Source: Vulcanimicrobiota bacterium (GTDB lineage: Bacteria; Vulcanimicrobiota; Xenobia; Xenobiales; JADMJV01). Taken from it: a DNA stretch of 64,000 nt. This document shows positions 54,510 through 63,608 of the stretch, in pieces. The notes under the pieces were generated by a model. The model searched no databases. It saw nothing but the letters and a program-made list of their open reading frames with translations, and was not told the origin of the DNA. The stretch lies in contig JBFWNU010000001.1 in NCBI GenBank assembly GCA_050250895.1, forward strand, positions 3,076,891 through 3,140,890. Direction: 5' to 3'. Numbering within the stretch: the stretch's first letter is position 1; each line of letters begins with the position of its first letter. The translations under genes and the position numbers were made by a program.

Positions 54510-56357
54510 CTACAGGATCAGGCGCACGCCGCCGAGCTCGGCGATGTTGTGGGGGAACCGATCGCCCGGCGTTCCGATGAACATGTAGTTCTTGGGCACA
54601 TTCATTCTCTGGCTGAGGCTCTCGATGAGGGCGGGGCCGAAGGCGCCTTGAACCAGGATCAAGTCGACCTTGAGCTGAGGATACTCGTGGTCGATGATGC
54701 TCACGTGCTCTTCTAGAGTGGGGGGGATCTCTTCTTTGTCACGATAGACGTGGACCACCTCGAGCCGGCGCGTCTGCTCGTTTTGCAATACGTAGAGCGC
54801 GGCTCGATTGAGGTTGGAGAGGTGGTCGCCCTTGGAGAAGTAGATGACCGTCAGGCTGTTGATCTGCTCGATGTGGTTGTTCACGTTTTCGAGCAGGTTC
54901 TGGTTGAACTCGTTGACCGAGGCCGCTGCCGACTGGGATACGAAGAGGATGCCTCGCAGAATGCGGATGCGCAGGAACATCAGGGCCACCACCACTCCGG
55001 TGCTGACGAAGTAGATGAAGAAGAACCAGACGTACTGCGGGTTGAGGACGACGTTGCCGAAGATCCCCAGCACCACGGCCGCAAAGGCCGTACAGACTCC
55101 GGGCCAACTGGCTTTGACGTCGCGGGGAAGCCGCGAGCGTTTGACCTTGAGCATCATGTTGCCCAGCGCGAACAGGGCCATCACTCCCAAAAACGAGATG
55201 GTGTAGACCCCGGCCAGGGTTTTGACCTCGCCCTGGGTGACCAGCAAGATAGAGGTGCACAGGCCGAAGAAGAGCAGCAGGATATAGTGGTTGGTCCGGC
55301 GCCACTTGTTCTCGAGTAGAAGCCACTGGGGCAGACAGCGGTCCAGGCTCATTCGACGCACCAGGCCGCTCACCCCCACAAACGAGGTCAGGACCGCGCC
55401 CGAGAGCACCAGCACGGCGTCGATGCTGACCATGTGACCAAGCCAGGGCAAGATGCTCAGGCGGCCCATTTCGGTTAGCAGGGTCTCTTTGTTGGCTTCG
55501 AAGTCGGCCAGACGCACCAGGCCGAGTGACAGAAAGCTGATGACGGGGTTGAAGAAGGCCACCGCCAGCCACATATTGCGCAAGGTCTTGACGAAGACGC
55601 CGCGGGCCTGCTCTTCGATGAAGTTGGCCGAACTCTCGAACCCGCTCACCCCCAGCAGGGCGGCGGCAAAGCCAAAGAAGATGGCGCGGCCGGCCCCCTG
55701 GGGCGGGATTACAGCCAGGTTCTCATAGAGAATGGCGGGATTTTGGGCCACTGAGTATCCGCAAGCCAATACCAGCAGAGACAGGGTCGAGATGTGAAAG
55801 ATGAAGATCGCGGTGGCCACCGCGGCGGACTCGGTGATGCCGATAATATTGAGAAAGGCGAAAATGGCCAGGAGCACGATGGTGGCCATCATCACGTTGA
55901 GAGAGTGATACATTTCGCCCGCATAGCTCATGGCCTCGAAGGCGCTGATCACGGCGGTGGCGACATACGACAGAATGGTCAAGCAAGCGGCCACCGACGC
56001 CCAGGCTTTACTGGTGGTGTTGAGCAGCACGTTATATGCCCCGCCGTTGAGGGGGAGGGCGGTGCCGACCTCGCCGTAGATCTTGCGAAAGAGATAGAGG
56101 ATGGCCGCCACGATGAGCAAGCTCAAAGGAGCGTAGGGACCGGCGAAGATGGCGCAGATGGCCGAGACGTACAGGCAACTCGAGCTGATGTCGTTACCAC
56201 AAATGGCGGTGGCTCGCAGTTCGCCAAGCTGAGGATGACCCGGCCCGTGTTGTTCGGGCGGAGTATCGTCGAGGCCCTCGAGGGTGATGACGGCGCCGTA
56301 GCCTGCGAAGTCGTCGCGTTGTTCGTCTGTGAATTCTTCGATCTGCAAGTCAGCCAT
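54510..56357 (-). CDS. APC family amino-acid permease
   Basis: AICGNDISSSCLY, NGGAYN, GFESSANF; about 12 TMs. Confidence 0.9.
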   Translation of the reverse strand: MADLQIEEFTDEQRDDFAGYGAVITLEGLDDTPPEQHGPGHPQLGELRATAICGNDISSSCLYVSAICAIFAGPYAPLSLLIVAAILYLFRKIYGEVGTALPLNGGAYNVLLNTTSKAWASVAACLTILSYVATAVISAFEAMSYAGEMYHSLNVMMATIVLLAIFAFLNIIGITESAAVATAIFIFHISTLSLLVLACGYSVAQNPAILYENLAVIPPQGAGRAIFFGFAAALLGVSGFESSANFIEEQARGVFVKTLRNMWLAVAFFNPVISFLSLGLVRLADFEANKETLLTEMGRLSILPWLGHMVSIDAVLVLSGAVLTSFVGVSGLVRRMSLDRCLPQWLLLENKWRRTNHYILLLFFGLCTSILLVTQGEVKTLAGVYTISFLGVMALFALGNMMLKVKRSRLPRDVKASWPGVCTAFAAVVLGIFGNVVLNPQYVWFFFIYFVSTGVVVALMFLRIRILRGILFVSQSAAASVNEFNQNLLENVNNHIEQINSLTVIYFSKGDHLSNLNRAALYVLQNEQTRRLEVVHVYRDKEEIPPTLEEHVSIIDHEYPQLKVDLILVQGAFGPALIESLSQRMNVPKNYMFIGTPGDRFPHNIAELGGVRLIL

Positions 56358-56392
56358 GGATTACTCCAATATGGGTTAGGGACGCGGGAGGG

Positions 56393-56692
56393 TCAGCAGT
56401 TGTTCCAAGCGGAAGCCGGCCCCGGGGGGGCGCGGGAAGGACCGCGCTGCTCTGGCACCGGGGGGCTGTCGTTGTGCTTTTCGACGGCCACCCGGCCATA
56501 GAAAACGAACTCGGCGGGGGAGTTCGGAGCCGGCTGCGCCGGCGAGACGGATACCCCGGCAACGGGGTCGCGCGCCTTGTATTCAAGCAATGACAAACCG
56601 GACTCAGTCCCGGTCGGCTCGATGGCCGTGGAGGTTCTGAGTCCGGTCGCCAGCAGCAGCAGCACCATTGCCAGGAGGTGCGTCAGGCGCAT
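56393..56692 (-). CDS. putative leader peptide with signal sequence and RAPP motif
   Basis: Hydrophobic N-terminus; ...QRGPSRAPPGPASAWNNC; ends 35 bp upstream of the permease; start 56692 or 56716. Confidence 0.55.
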   Translation of the reverse strand: MRLTHLLAMVLLLLATGLRTSTAIEPTGTESGLSLLEYKARDPVAGVSVSPAQPAPNSPAEFVFYGRVAVEKHNDSPPVPEQRGPSRAPPGPASAWNNC

Positions 56693-56820
56693 ACGGCGGA
56701 GGGCTCCATTTCTCACTCAGCATAGCGAGGAAGAGGGCGACGGTCAAGTCGGGTTACTCGGCCCCGCGCCAGGCCTGGGAGTGAGCGCCCCGGGCCGACG
56801 CCCCCCAGGGTTGGGCCAGC

Positions 56821-57462
56821 TCAGTAGCGTCCGGCCATCACCACGAACCAGCGGTGGTTGGTGTCGCTCAGCTTGCCTTCGGCATCGGTGCGCAGCGTCT
56901 TTTTGGTCACCGAATCCGAGACGTTGCCGCCGATGACGTCGATTTCGCCCGGGCGCACTGCCACCACCAGGTCGGTGTGGGACTTGTAGACCTGGCGCTG
57001 GTGGTCATAGTCGATGTCGTCCTGGCGGGCGTAGCCTACCAAATCGCCCACTTGAGGCGCGCGTTCGCTGAGCCGATAGCCCCAGAAGGCAAAGCTCTGA
57101 TCGCCGTCGCGACGGGCCTGAATCGAGCGCCGGATATAGTGGGCGTGCCATTCGGAGTAGTGAAAGCGCGGACCCAGGCCGGCCTGGCGCATCAGCCACG
57201 ACATGAAGGCGGCCGACCAGGCTTCGTCACGGTTGCGGCCGTCGATGTCTAGATGAACCCCCTGGCGCCAGTAGTCGCCTACCCGCTGCCAGTAGCCCTC
57301 GTCGTTCTCCTGGGCGCCCTGATGGGTCAGTTGACCGTCGATACCGATCGTCTGGCGTCCGAACAGTTCCCATTCCTGGTTGGCGATGGCTACTGCCCGG
57401 TCGAGAGAGGTCTCGGCCGCGGCCGGAGCCAGCAAGAACAGCAAGATGAGGAGTTTTTTCAT
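56821..57462 (-). CDS. DUF2272 domain secreted protein (amidase/CHAP-like)
   Basis: Signal peptide; AWSAAFMSW, PQVGDLV, SHTDLVV, IGGNVSDSV. Confidence 0.8.
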   Translation of the reverse strand: MKKLLILLFLLAPAAAETSLDRAVAIANQEWELFGRQTIGIDGQLTHQGAQENDEGYWQRVGDYWRQGVHLDIDGRNRDEAWSAAFMSWLMRQAGLGPRFHYSEWHAHYIRRSIQARRDGDQSFAFWGYRLSERAPQVGDLVGYARQDDIDYDHQRQVYKSHTDLVVAVRPGEIDVIGGNVSDSVTKKTLRTDAEGKLSDTNHRWFVVMAGRY

Positions 57463-57512
57463 CCTTGCACCTCCTTCGGGGGAATTGCACAGTCGGTGTT
57501 AAACTCTCGACC

Positions 57513-59642
57513 ATGCCGAGGCTGTTCCTTCTTTTATTGATAGCGATTTCTTTCTTGCCGTGCGCCGCCGATGAGCGGATCGACAAGCTCCTGTCCGAGA
57601 TGACCTGGGCCGAGAAGCTGGGTCAACTGACTCAGTATGCGGGGTCATCTACCGGGCCGGTCCCCCTCAAAGCCGAGATGCAAGAGCGGGTCGGCCGGGG
57701 AGAAGTGGGCTCGGTGCTCAGCATCGCTGGCGTGGCCCGAGTGCGCCAGCTTCAGCAAGAGGCGGTCGAGAAGACCAGGCTGGGGATTCCCCTGGTGTTC
57801 GCCTACGACGTCATCCACGGTTACCGCACCGTCTTTCCCATCCCGTTGGCCGAGGCCGCCAGCTTCGACCCCGAGCTGGCCGAACAATCGGCTCGCATCG
57901 CCGCCCGTGAGGCCACTGCGGCCGGTATCGCCTGGAACTTTGCGCCCATGGTCGACATCGCCCGCGACCCGCGTTGGGGGCGCTGCATCGAAGGCTCGGG
58001 CGAAGACCCTTACCTCGGCTCGGTGATGGCGGCCGCCCGGGTGCGCGGTTTTCAGGGCAAAAACCTCAAGGCTGCCGACACCATGGCCGCCTGCGCCAAG
58101 CACTTCGCCGGCTACGGCGCGGCCGAGGGGGGCCGCGATTACGATGCGGCCGAGATTTCCGAGCGCACCCTCCGGCAGGTTTATCTGCCCCCCTTCCAGG
58201 CCGCCGTCGAGGCCGGAGCCATCACCATCATGGCTGGCTTCCAGGAGGTTTCGGGGGTGCCCGCTCACGCCAACCCCTTTCTGCTCGAGCAGGTGCTGCG
58301 CCAGGAGTGGGGCTTTGATGGTCTGGTGGTCAGCGATTACAACGCCATCCGCGAATTGATGGCCCACCGCATCGCGGCCACGCCCCATCAGGCCGGCGAA
58401 CTGGCTCTGCAGGCCGGAGTCGACATGGACATGATGGGCGACATTTATCGCGACCTGCCCGAAACGCCCGAAACGCGAGCCCTGGTGGACCGCTCGGTGC
58501 GCCGGGTGCTCGAACTCAAAGAGCGGCTGGGTCTGTTCGACGATCCTTATCGCTACCTCGATGAAGAGGCCGAGAAACGCTATATTCTGGCTCCCGAGCA
58601 TCGACAGGCAGCCAGGCGGGCCGCCCAGCGCTCGGCCGTGCTGCTCAAGAACGACGGTGGCGTTCTGCCCCTGGCCAAGCCCAGGAGGTTGGCCTTGCTG
58701 GGCAGTCTGGCCACCGACTCGACCAGCCTGCTGGGGGCCTGGAACACGGCCGGTAAGCCCGAAGAGACCACCAATTTATTGGAAGGTTTTCGCCAGGCTC
58801 TACCCGGCGCCGAGGTGGTGCATGCCGACGAGACCGATCTCGCCTCTGCTCTCGCGGCGGCCCGCGGGGCCGAGTCGGTGGTGCTGGTGCTGGGAGAGAT
58901 CGCGGACTGGTCGGGGGAATCGCGCAATCGCACCCGCCTCGGACTGCCCCCCGAACAGCTGGCCATGGCTCTCGAGGTGGCCAGGCTGGGCAAACCGACG
59001 GTGGTCTTATTGATGCACGGACGGCCCCTGGCCATTCCCGAGTTGGCCGACAAGCTGCCCGCTATCCTGGACATCTGGCATCCCGGCAGCATGGGAGCGG
59101 CGGCCGCCACCGACCTGGTCTTCGGTCAGGCCGCGCCAGGTGGCAAGCTGCCCATGACCTTTCCTCGAGCGGTGGGTCAGGTGCCCATCTACTACAATCA
59201 CAAGACTTCGGGACGGCCGGCTCAAGCGGGGGTCGAGCGCTACACCATCGATTATGTCGACGAGTCGCTCGAGCCGCTTTTTCCTTTCGGACATGGACTG
59301 AGTTATACCACCTTTGCCTATTCTGACCTCAGGCTCGAAGGCAAGCTGCCCCTGCGGGTGGCGGTCACGGTCAAGAACACCGGCCGTCGCGCCGGTGACG
59401 AGGTCGTGCAGGTTTACGTGCGCGACGAAGCGCGCAGCATCACCCCCCCCGAGCGCGAGTTGAAGGGCTTTCGGCGGGTAACCCTGGCTCCCGGCGAGGC
59501 CCGCCAGTTGACCTTTGACCTGGACCGGTCGGCCTTCTCGTTTATCGGCCAGGATCTCAAAGAGACCTTCGAACCGGGCCAGTTTACCATTTTCGTGGGA
59601 GGCGATTCACGGGCCACCCTGTCCGCCGAGGTGACCCTCTAA
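57513..59642 (+). CDS. bglX: glycoside hydrolase family 3 beta-glucosidase (BglX-like)
   Basis: DVIHG, RDPRWGR, KHFAGYG, VSDY, LLKN, FGHGLSYT. Confidence 0.9.
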   Translation: MPRLFLLLLIAISFLPCAADERIDKLLSEMTWAEKLGQLTQYAGSSTGPVPLKAEMQERVGRGEVGSVLSIAGVARVRQLQQEAVEKTRLGIPLVFAYDVIHGYRTVFPIPLAEAASFDPELAEQSARIAAREATAAGIAWNFAPMVDIARDPRWGRCIEGSGEDPYLGSVMAAARVRGFQGKNLKAADTMAACAKHFAGYGAAEGGRDYDAAEISERTLRQVYLPPFQAAVEAGAITIMAGFQEVSGVPAHANPFLLEQVLRQEWGFDGLVVSDYNAIRELMAHRIAATPHQAGELALQAGVDMDMMGDIYRDLPETPETRALVDRSVRRVLELKERLGLFDDPYRYLDEEAEKRYILAPEHRQAARRAAQRSAVLLKNDGGVLPLAKPRRLALLGSLATDSTSLLGAWNTAGKPEETTNLLEGFRQALPGAEVVHADETDLASALAAARGAESVVLVLGEIADWSGESRNRTRLGLPPEQLAMALEVARLGKPTVVLLMHGRPLAIPELADKLPAILDIWHPGSMGAAAATDLVFGQAAPGGKLPMTFPRAVGQVPIYYNHKTSGRPAQAGVERYTIDYVDESLEPLFPFGHGLSYTTFAYSDLRLEGKLPLRVAVTVKNTGRRAGDEVVQVYVRDEARSITPPERELKGFRRVTLAPGEARQLTFDLDRSAFSFIGQDLKETFEPGQFTIFVGGDSRATLSAEVTL

Positions 59643-60781
59643 CCGCGGAGAGGTTGGTCGGGCAGAATCCCGGCTCCCAGTTCGCTCTCGGCGCCGGGTT
59701 GGGCGATCGTTTGTTGCAATACCCGAGCAAGGGCCTCTTCGCGGGTCAAGGCGGGGTCGCGACGTAGCAGCTTGTCGAAGGCCCGCGAGCCCTGGGGGGC
59801 GGCATACGACGAGCCCGAATGGTGACCAGAGTGGCCGTCGACACAAAGGGGGCGGTCGACTGCGTCGGCGGCCAGCACTGCTCCCGCCATGGGTGAAGCC
59901 AGGGCCGCCGGGCCGTTGGCGTCGTCGGCAGCCCCCACCAGCACGGTCGTCTCGGTGGCCAGGTCGTTGCGGAAGAATTCCGGGGCGACTTCCAGGCCCA
60001 GCCCGGTAACGGTACGGTAGAGCTGTCCCTGATTGCCGGCCGACATCACACGAATGATGCCCAGTTCGTCGGCCCGGGCAGAGGCGGCTTCGAGTCGCTG
60101 ACGAGCAGCCGCCACCGAGGGATCGTGGGCGTGGACCGTGGCGACACGCTCGAGTAAGCCGGCCATCAGATCGTGGTCCGAGACGCCCGCGTCGAGGCCC
60201 AGTTGTTCGCTCAGACGCACCCGGAAAGCCGGCTCGTGGGTGCGGCCCCAGAGAGCCTCGACCACCCGCGACTCGGAGGCCCCCTGCGACTGGTTGATGA
60301 CCAGACGAAAGCCGCGCGCGGTTTGCTCTTGCAGGCCACGAGTGGTGTTGTCCATTCGGCCCGCGAAATGCTCGCGCACATAACCGTCGAGCGAGCCGGG
60401 AAGGCCCTGCTCGAGGGGCTGCATGGACTGGCCGATGCTCACCTGTTGGCGGGCTGAGGTGGGCACCACTTCGCACACCGAGCCCCGGCCGGTCAGCTCT
60501 TTTTCGACCAGTTCGCCGTGGGTAGTACCGCTGTCGGCGTTGGTGAAATCGTCGAACACCACCAGGCCGGCATAGCTCGGCTGGGGGGGAGGGCTGGCGC
60601 AGCAACCGGCCAGGCCGGCCGCGGCGGCGCCTAGCGCGAGCACGACGGCCCAACGCGACCCATGGGCTGAACTGCCCTCGAAGCTCTCGCGCGGACCCGG
60701 AAGGTCGGCCGGCTGGGGGTTAGACTGCTGTTTGGCGTGAGGTGGCACCAGGCGGTGGTCGGTCCGCCCGCGGATGTTCAC
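59639..60781 (-). CDS. S8 subtilase-like serine peptidase
   Basis: Asp (FDD), His (THG), oxyanion SAGN, Ser (SGSSYAAP). Confidence 0.7.
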   Translation of the reverse strand: MNIRGRTDHRLVPPHAKQQSNPQPADLPGPRESFEGSSAHGSRWAVVLALGAAAAGLAGCCASPPPQPSYAGLVVFDDFTNADSGTTHGELVEKELTGRGSVCEVVPTSARQQVSIGQSMQPLEQGLPGSLDGYVREHFAGRMDNTTRGLQEQTARGFRLVINQSQGASESRVVEALWGRTHEPAFRVRLSEQLGLDAGVSDHDLMAGLLERVATVHAHDPSVAAARQRLEAASARADELGIIRVMSAGNQGQLYRTVTGLGLEVAPEFFRNDLATETTVLVGAADDANGPAALASPMAGAVLAADAVDRPLCVDGHSGHHSGSSYAAPQGSRAFDKLLRRDPALTREEALARVLQQTIAQPGAESELGAGILPDQPLRG

Positions 60782-60809
60782 CCCCTGACTCTAGGCCGGA
60801 ACTCTGAAA

Positions 60810-62123
60810 CTAGTCTGAATCTCGCAGCCGGGCTCGAACGGCCAGCACCACCACCAGCAGCGGCAATCCCAGCAACACCACGAAGCTCATGACGATGTGC
60901 AGGACCTGACCGGCCGAGAGGGCATAGCCAGCTCGGACCACGTTGCGCCAGGCCCAGGCGGCCCCGCCCAGACAGAGCAACAGCGTCCCGATTTGAGCCG
61001 GGGTCGGCCGTTCGACCGAGAAGTGAAACTGACGCACTTTCTGCGTGAGCCTGGTCAAACGACGGCCGGCGGCCTCGAACAGCCAGCCGGGCCGGCGCCA
61101 CTCGAGCAGCCCCAACCCGACCGGGATGGCCGCCCCCAGGGGAGCGGTCAGCTTGACGAAGGTGGTCAAAGCGAAGCTCACCACCGCCAGCGGCAATCCC
61201 AGCAAAGCGGCCGGCTGCTCGAGCACGCTCTGATAGCAATGGATCGCCCAGGAAAGGGCCACCGCCGAAGCCACGAGGCCAAGCCAGCCCAGAGCTCTGG
61301 CGAGCCATCCAGGGGGAGGATTGGCGCTCACCACCACCTGGGCGATGGCCGTGCCCATGGCCAGGGCCCAGACCAGCTCTGAGCCCGACACCAAACCCGC
61401 CAGGGCCAGCCCTACCACCAGGGGGAGCCAGCCGCGTCCCAGTCCGATGAGCAGTCCCGCCACCCCGACCACCAGCAGGCCCTGGGCCAGCACGCGGTTG
61501 AGCGGCCAGGGCCGTCCCGAACCGCCGAAGAAGGCGATGGCCCGGCCTAGCAAATAGGGATCGAGGGTCTCGCCCGAGTGGTCGCAATAGGGTGAGAGCA
61601 CGACCGGGCCGGCTTGCTGGAGTTCGTTTAAAGAGTGGACCTGATCCCAGGCTCCCGCCCCCGCCAGGAAGTTCTCGGTGCCGGGCTCGACCGGAAAGCC
61701 GAAGGCCACCACCTTGCCAAAACCAGGACGTTGAGCCAGATTGAGCACGAGGTCCGCCCCCATGGAATGTCCTAGCAAGTGGCGGGGCGGCTCGAAGCTC
61801 AAGCCTATCTGCTCGAGCTGCTCGACATAGGTGTAGAAATCCTCGCCCGGGGCCAGATGCACGGCCACCCCGCGAAAGCCCCCCTCGGCCATGGCTCGGG
61901 CCGCCGGCAGGGCCGTGTCTCTGCCTTGAAAGACGGAATGGACGCACAGAATCGTCCCCCGAGGCGGACCGGCCGGCTCGAAGACCGTGACCGGAACCCC
62001 GGCCAGGCTGGCCTCGTGCCCGGCCGGACCGGGCCGCAGCAGGCCGGCCAGGCCAAGCAAGATCAGCAGGCCGAACCCAAGATGCTGCCAGCGCATAAAA
62101 AAAAATTGCTCGTCAGTGAACAT
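60810..62123 (-). CDS. alpha/beta hydrolase domain fused to a multi-TM membrane domain
   Basis: GHSMG nucleophile elbow; many C-terminal TMs; start 62123 or about 62096. Confidence 0.7.
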   Translation of the reverse strand: MFTDEQFFFMRWQHLGFGLLILLGLAGLLRPGPAGHEASLAGVPVTVFEPAGPPRGTILCVHSVFQGRDTALPAARAMAEGGFRGVAVHLAPGEDFYTYVEQLEQIGLSFEPPRHLLGHSMGADLVLNLAQRPGFGKVVAFGFPVEPGTENFLAGAGAWDQVHSLNELQQAGPVVLSPYCDHSGETLDPYLLGRAIAFFGGSGRPWPLNRVLAQGLLVVGVAGLLIGLGRGWLPLVVGLALAGLVSGSELVWALAMGTAIAQVVVSANPPPGWLARALGWLGLVASAVALSWAIHCYQSVLEQPAALLGLPLAVVSFALTTFVKLTAPLGAAIPVGLGLLEWRRPGWLFEAAGRRLTRLTQKVRQFHFSVERPTPAQIGTLLLCLGGAAWAWRNVVRAGYALSAGQVLHIVMSFVVLLGLPLLVVVLAVRARLRDSD

Positions 62124-62164
62124 TTTGCCTGCCTGAGTGGTCTATAATCTGGAGGCCGAGCACG

Positions 62165-62446
62165 ATGACCAACGAGACATATCAGCAGCTTCAACTTCTA
62201 GCTGACCAGGTGGTGGTTGGTCTCGACCAGACCTTCAGAATGCCCGGGCGCCGCAAGCGCCCCCTGGGCCTCGCTGTGCTGGCCCGGCTCGCCGTGGACC
62301 ACGACCTGGCCGCTTCACCTTCGGAACTCGAGCAAGCCCTCGACCGGGCCGCGCGCCGTCGCCATCGTCCCCATACTCGCTTGCTGGCCTGGGTTAGCCG
62401 GGCGGCGGCTGCCCTCTCGTTGTCTTTCTGGGCGCTCAGTCGCTAA
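62165..62446 (+). CDS. hypothetical protein
   Basis: GGAGG SD; ends just before the terminator hairpin. Confidence 0.55.
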   Translation: MTNETYQQLQLLADQVVVGLDQTFRMPGRRKRPLGLAVLARLAVDHDLAASPSELEQALDRAARRRHRPHTRLLAWVSRAAAALSLSFWALSR

Positions 62447-62479
62447 TAAGGAAAGAGGCACCCAGCTTGGGGTGCCTCT
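62445..62479 (-). terminator. intrinsic terminator closing the putative ncRNA (possibly bidirectional)
   Basis: 10-bp stem agaggcaccc/gggtgcctct followed by TTCCTTATT on the minus strand. Confidence 0.7.
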
Positions 62480-63575
62480 CGTTCCCGGCCGCCTCCACTC
62501 CAGCACCGGGATCCCGATATCGCTTGCGCGTCGGGCCACGTCCCTCTTTTATCGCAGTAGAGACTCTGCGGTCTACTTCTTTTGGCGTTGTGGACGCCGC
62601 GGCATCTCAGTAGTTCCGCTGCTTGGCCGCCATCCTCTCCTGCACCAAGCTCCCGTGGTCCGCCTTGCCGGCATCGCTGAGTTGCCTCATCGACCTTTCC
62701 CCTCGCGGGTCCGGCAAGTGCGTCGGGCCTCGCTTCGAATGTCCTCAGACGAAGCGCTGCGCATTGCTCAGGTGTGTATGCTACCCCTGTCATCTTTTGG
62801 CTGTCGCCGCGGCCTTTTGACAGTTCCGCTCTCGCCTTTCGACGCTCTCGCGCCCGGTGCGAGCTTCCAACCCTCGAGTTCCGCGCTCGTCGGTGTGATC
62901 GATGCCTCGATCCCGTTTGTCCAGTCGGCTCTGGGCGCTCTCAGGTCTGAACGCAACCCCTGCTCCTATATGCGGCTGAGCAGTTCCGTCCCTGGCCGCC
63001 ATCCACTCCTGCACCAGGATCCCCGTGTTCCGCCTTACCCGGCTGCGCTTCGAGGTTTCGTTGCGCTCTTTCTCCTCGCGGTTCCGACTGTTGGCTTTGG
63101 GGCCTCGTCCCGACACCTGATCGGGACTTCGTACACTCTTAGGGTGGGTGTTCCCCTGTTCTCTTTCGGCGCTTAGCTTCGCCACGGCGTTCGAACAGTT
63201 CCGCTGCCTTTGGGTTAACCCGTCAGGCTGCATCTGGTCACCGATACATCTCGACTGCCGGTCGAGTCGGGCGTTCTAGGTCTGAACGCAACCCCGCTCA
63301 GCATTTGACGTCGCGGAACGTCACGGCGTCTGAGCGATCCGTTGCCTGGCTTTCGCACCAAGCTCACCAACACACTAACCTCGGCGCAGCTCAAAGTTAC
63401 CTTTGCGCGTCTTTATCCTCGCGGCTCCGAGAGAGATGTTGGTCTTGCCTCGCATGTCCACCCGAGGCGGTGGAGGCACCTGGTCTGTGCCCTGCCCTGA
63501 CATTTGCTCTTTCCGAGCGGGTTGCCAGCCCCTCCGAGTCTCACGCTCCTCGGGGCGGCTCCGTGACCGGAACAT
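62450..63575 (-). ncRNA. putative large (about 1.1 kb) structured non-coding RNA with internal tandem modules, family not recognised
   Basis: Consensus promoter and terminator boundaries; many GNRA hairpins on the minus strand; repeated modules with compensatory pairing; no credible ORF. Confidence 0.65.
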
Positions 63576-63580
63576 TAATT

Positions 63581-63608
63581 ATTATACCCACGATGACGTT
63601 CCTGTCAA
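63581..63608 (-). promoter_or_regulatory. perfect-consensus sigma70 promoter
   Basis: Minus strand TTGACA (63608-63603), N16, TATAAT (63586-63581) in a GC-rich genome. Confidence 0.85.

Noticed and set aside
54352-54588. 78-aa plus-strand ORF
   Set aside because: Overlaps the permease 3' end, has no clear SD or motif; the region looks regulatory.
62217-63176. 319-aa plus-strand ORF and minus-strand ORFs 62443-62793 and 62790-63233
   Set aside because: No recognisable motifs, R/S/P-rich composition, overlap with another gene and a terminator; the internal repeats fall at spacings that break frame and conserve base-pairing rather than codons.
62450-63360. Group II intron, suggested by GTGCG near 63357 on the minus strand
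   Set aside because: No domain V/VI signature and no reverse transcriptase ORF; the GGTGC motif recurs four times as part of the module.
63375-63575. 66-aa ORF whose ATG coincides with the predicted transcription start
   Set aside because: Could be leaderless, but the sequence is low-information and overlaps the first RNA module; not called without Ribo-seq.
62450-63575. RNase P, tmRNA or tandem c-di-AMP riboswitch identity
   Set aside because: Diagnostic sequences absent; only GGAAC...GGGG resembles the ydaO riboswitch, and no co-oriented gene follows directly.
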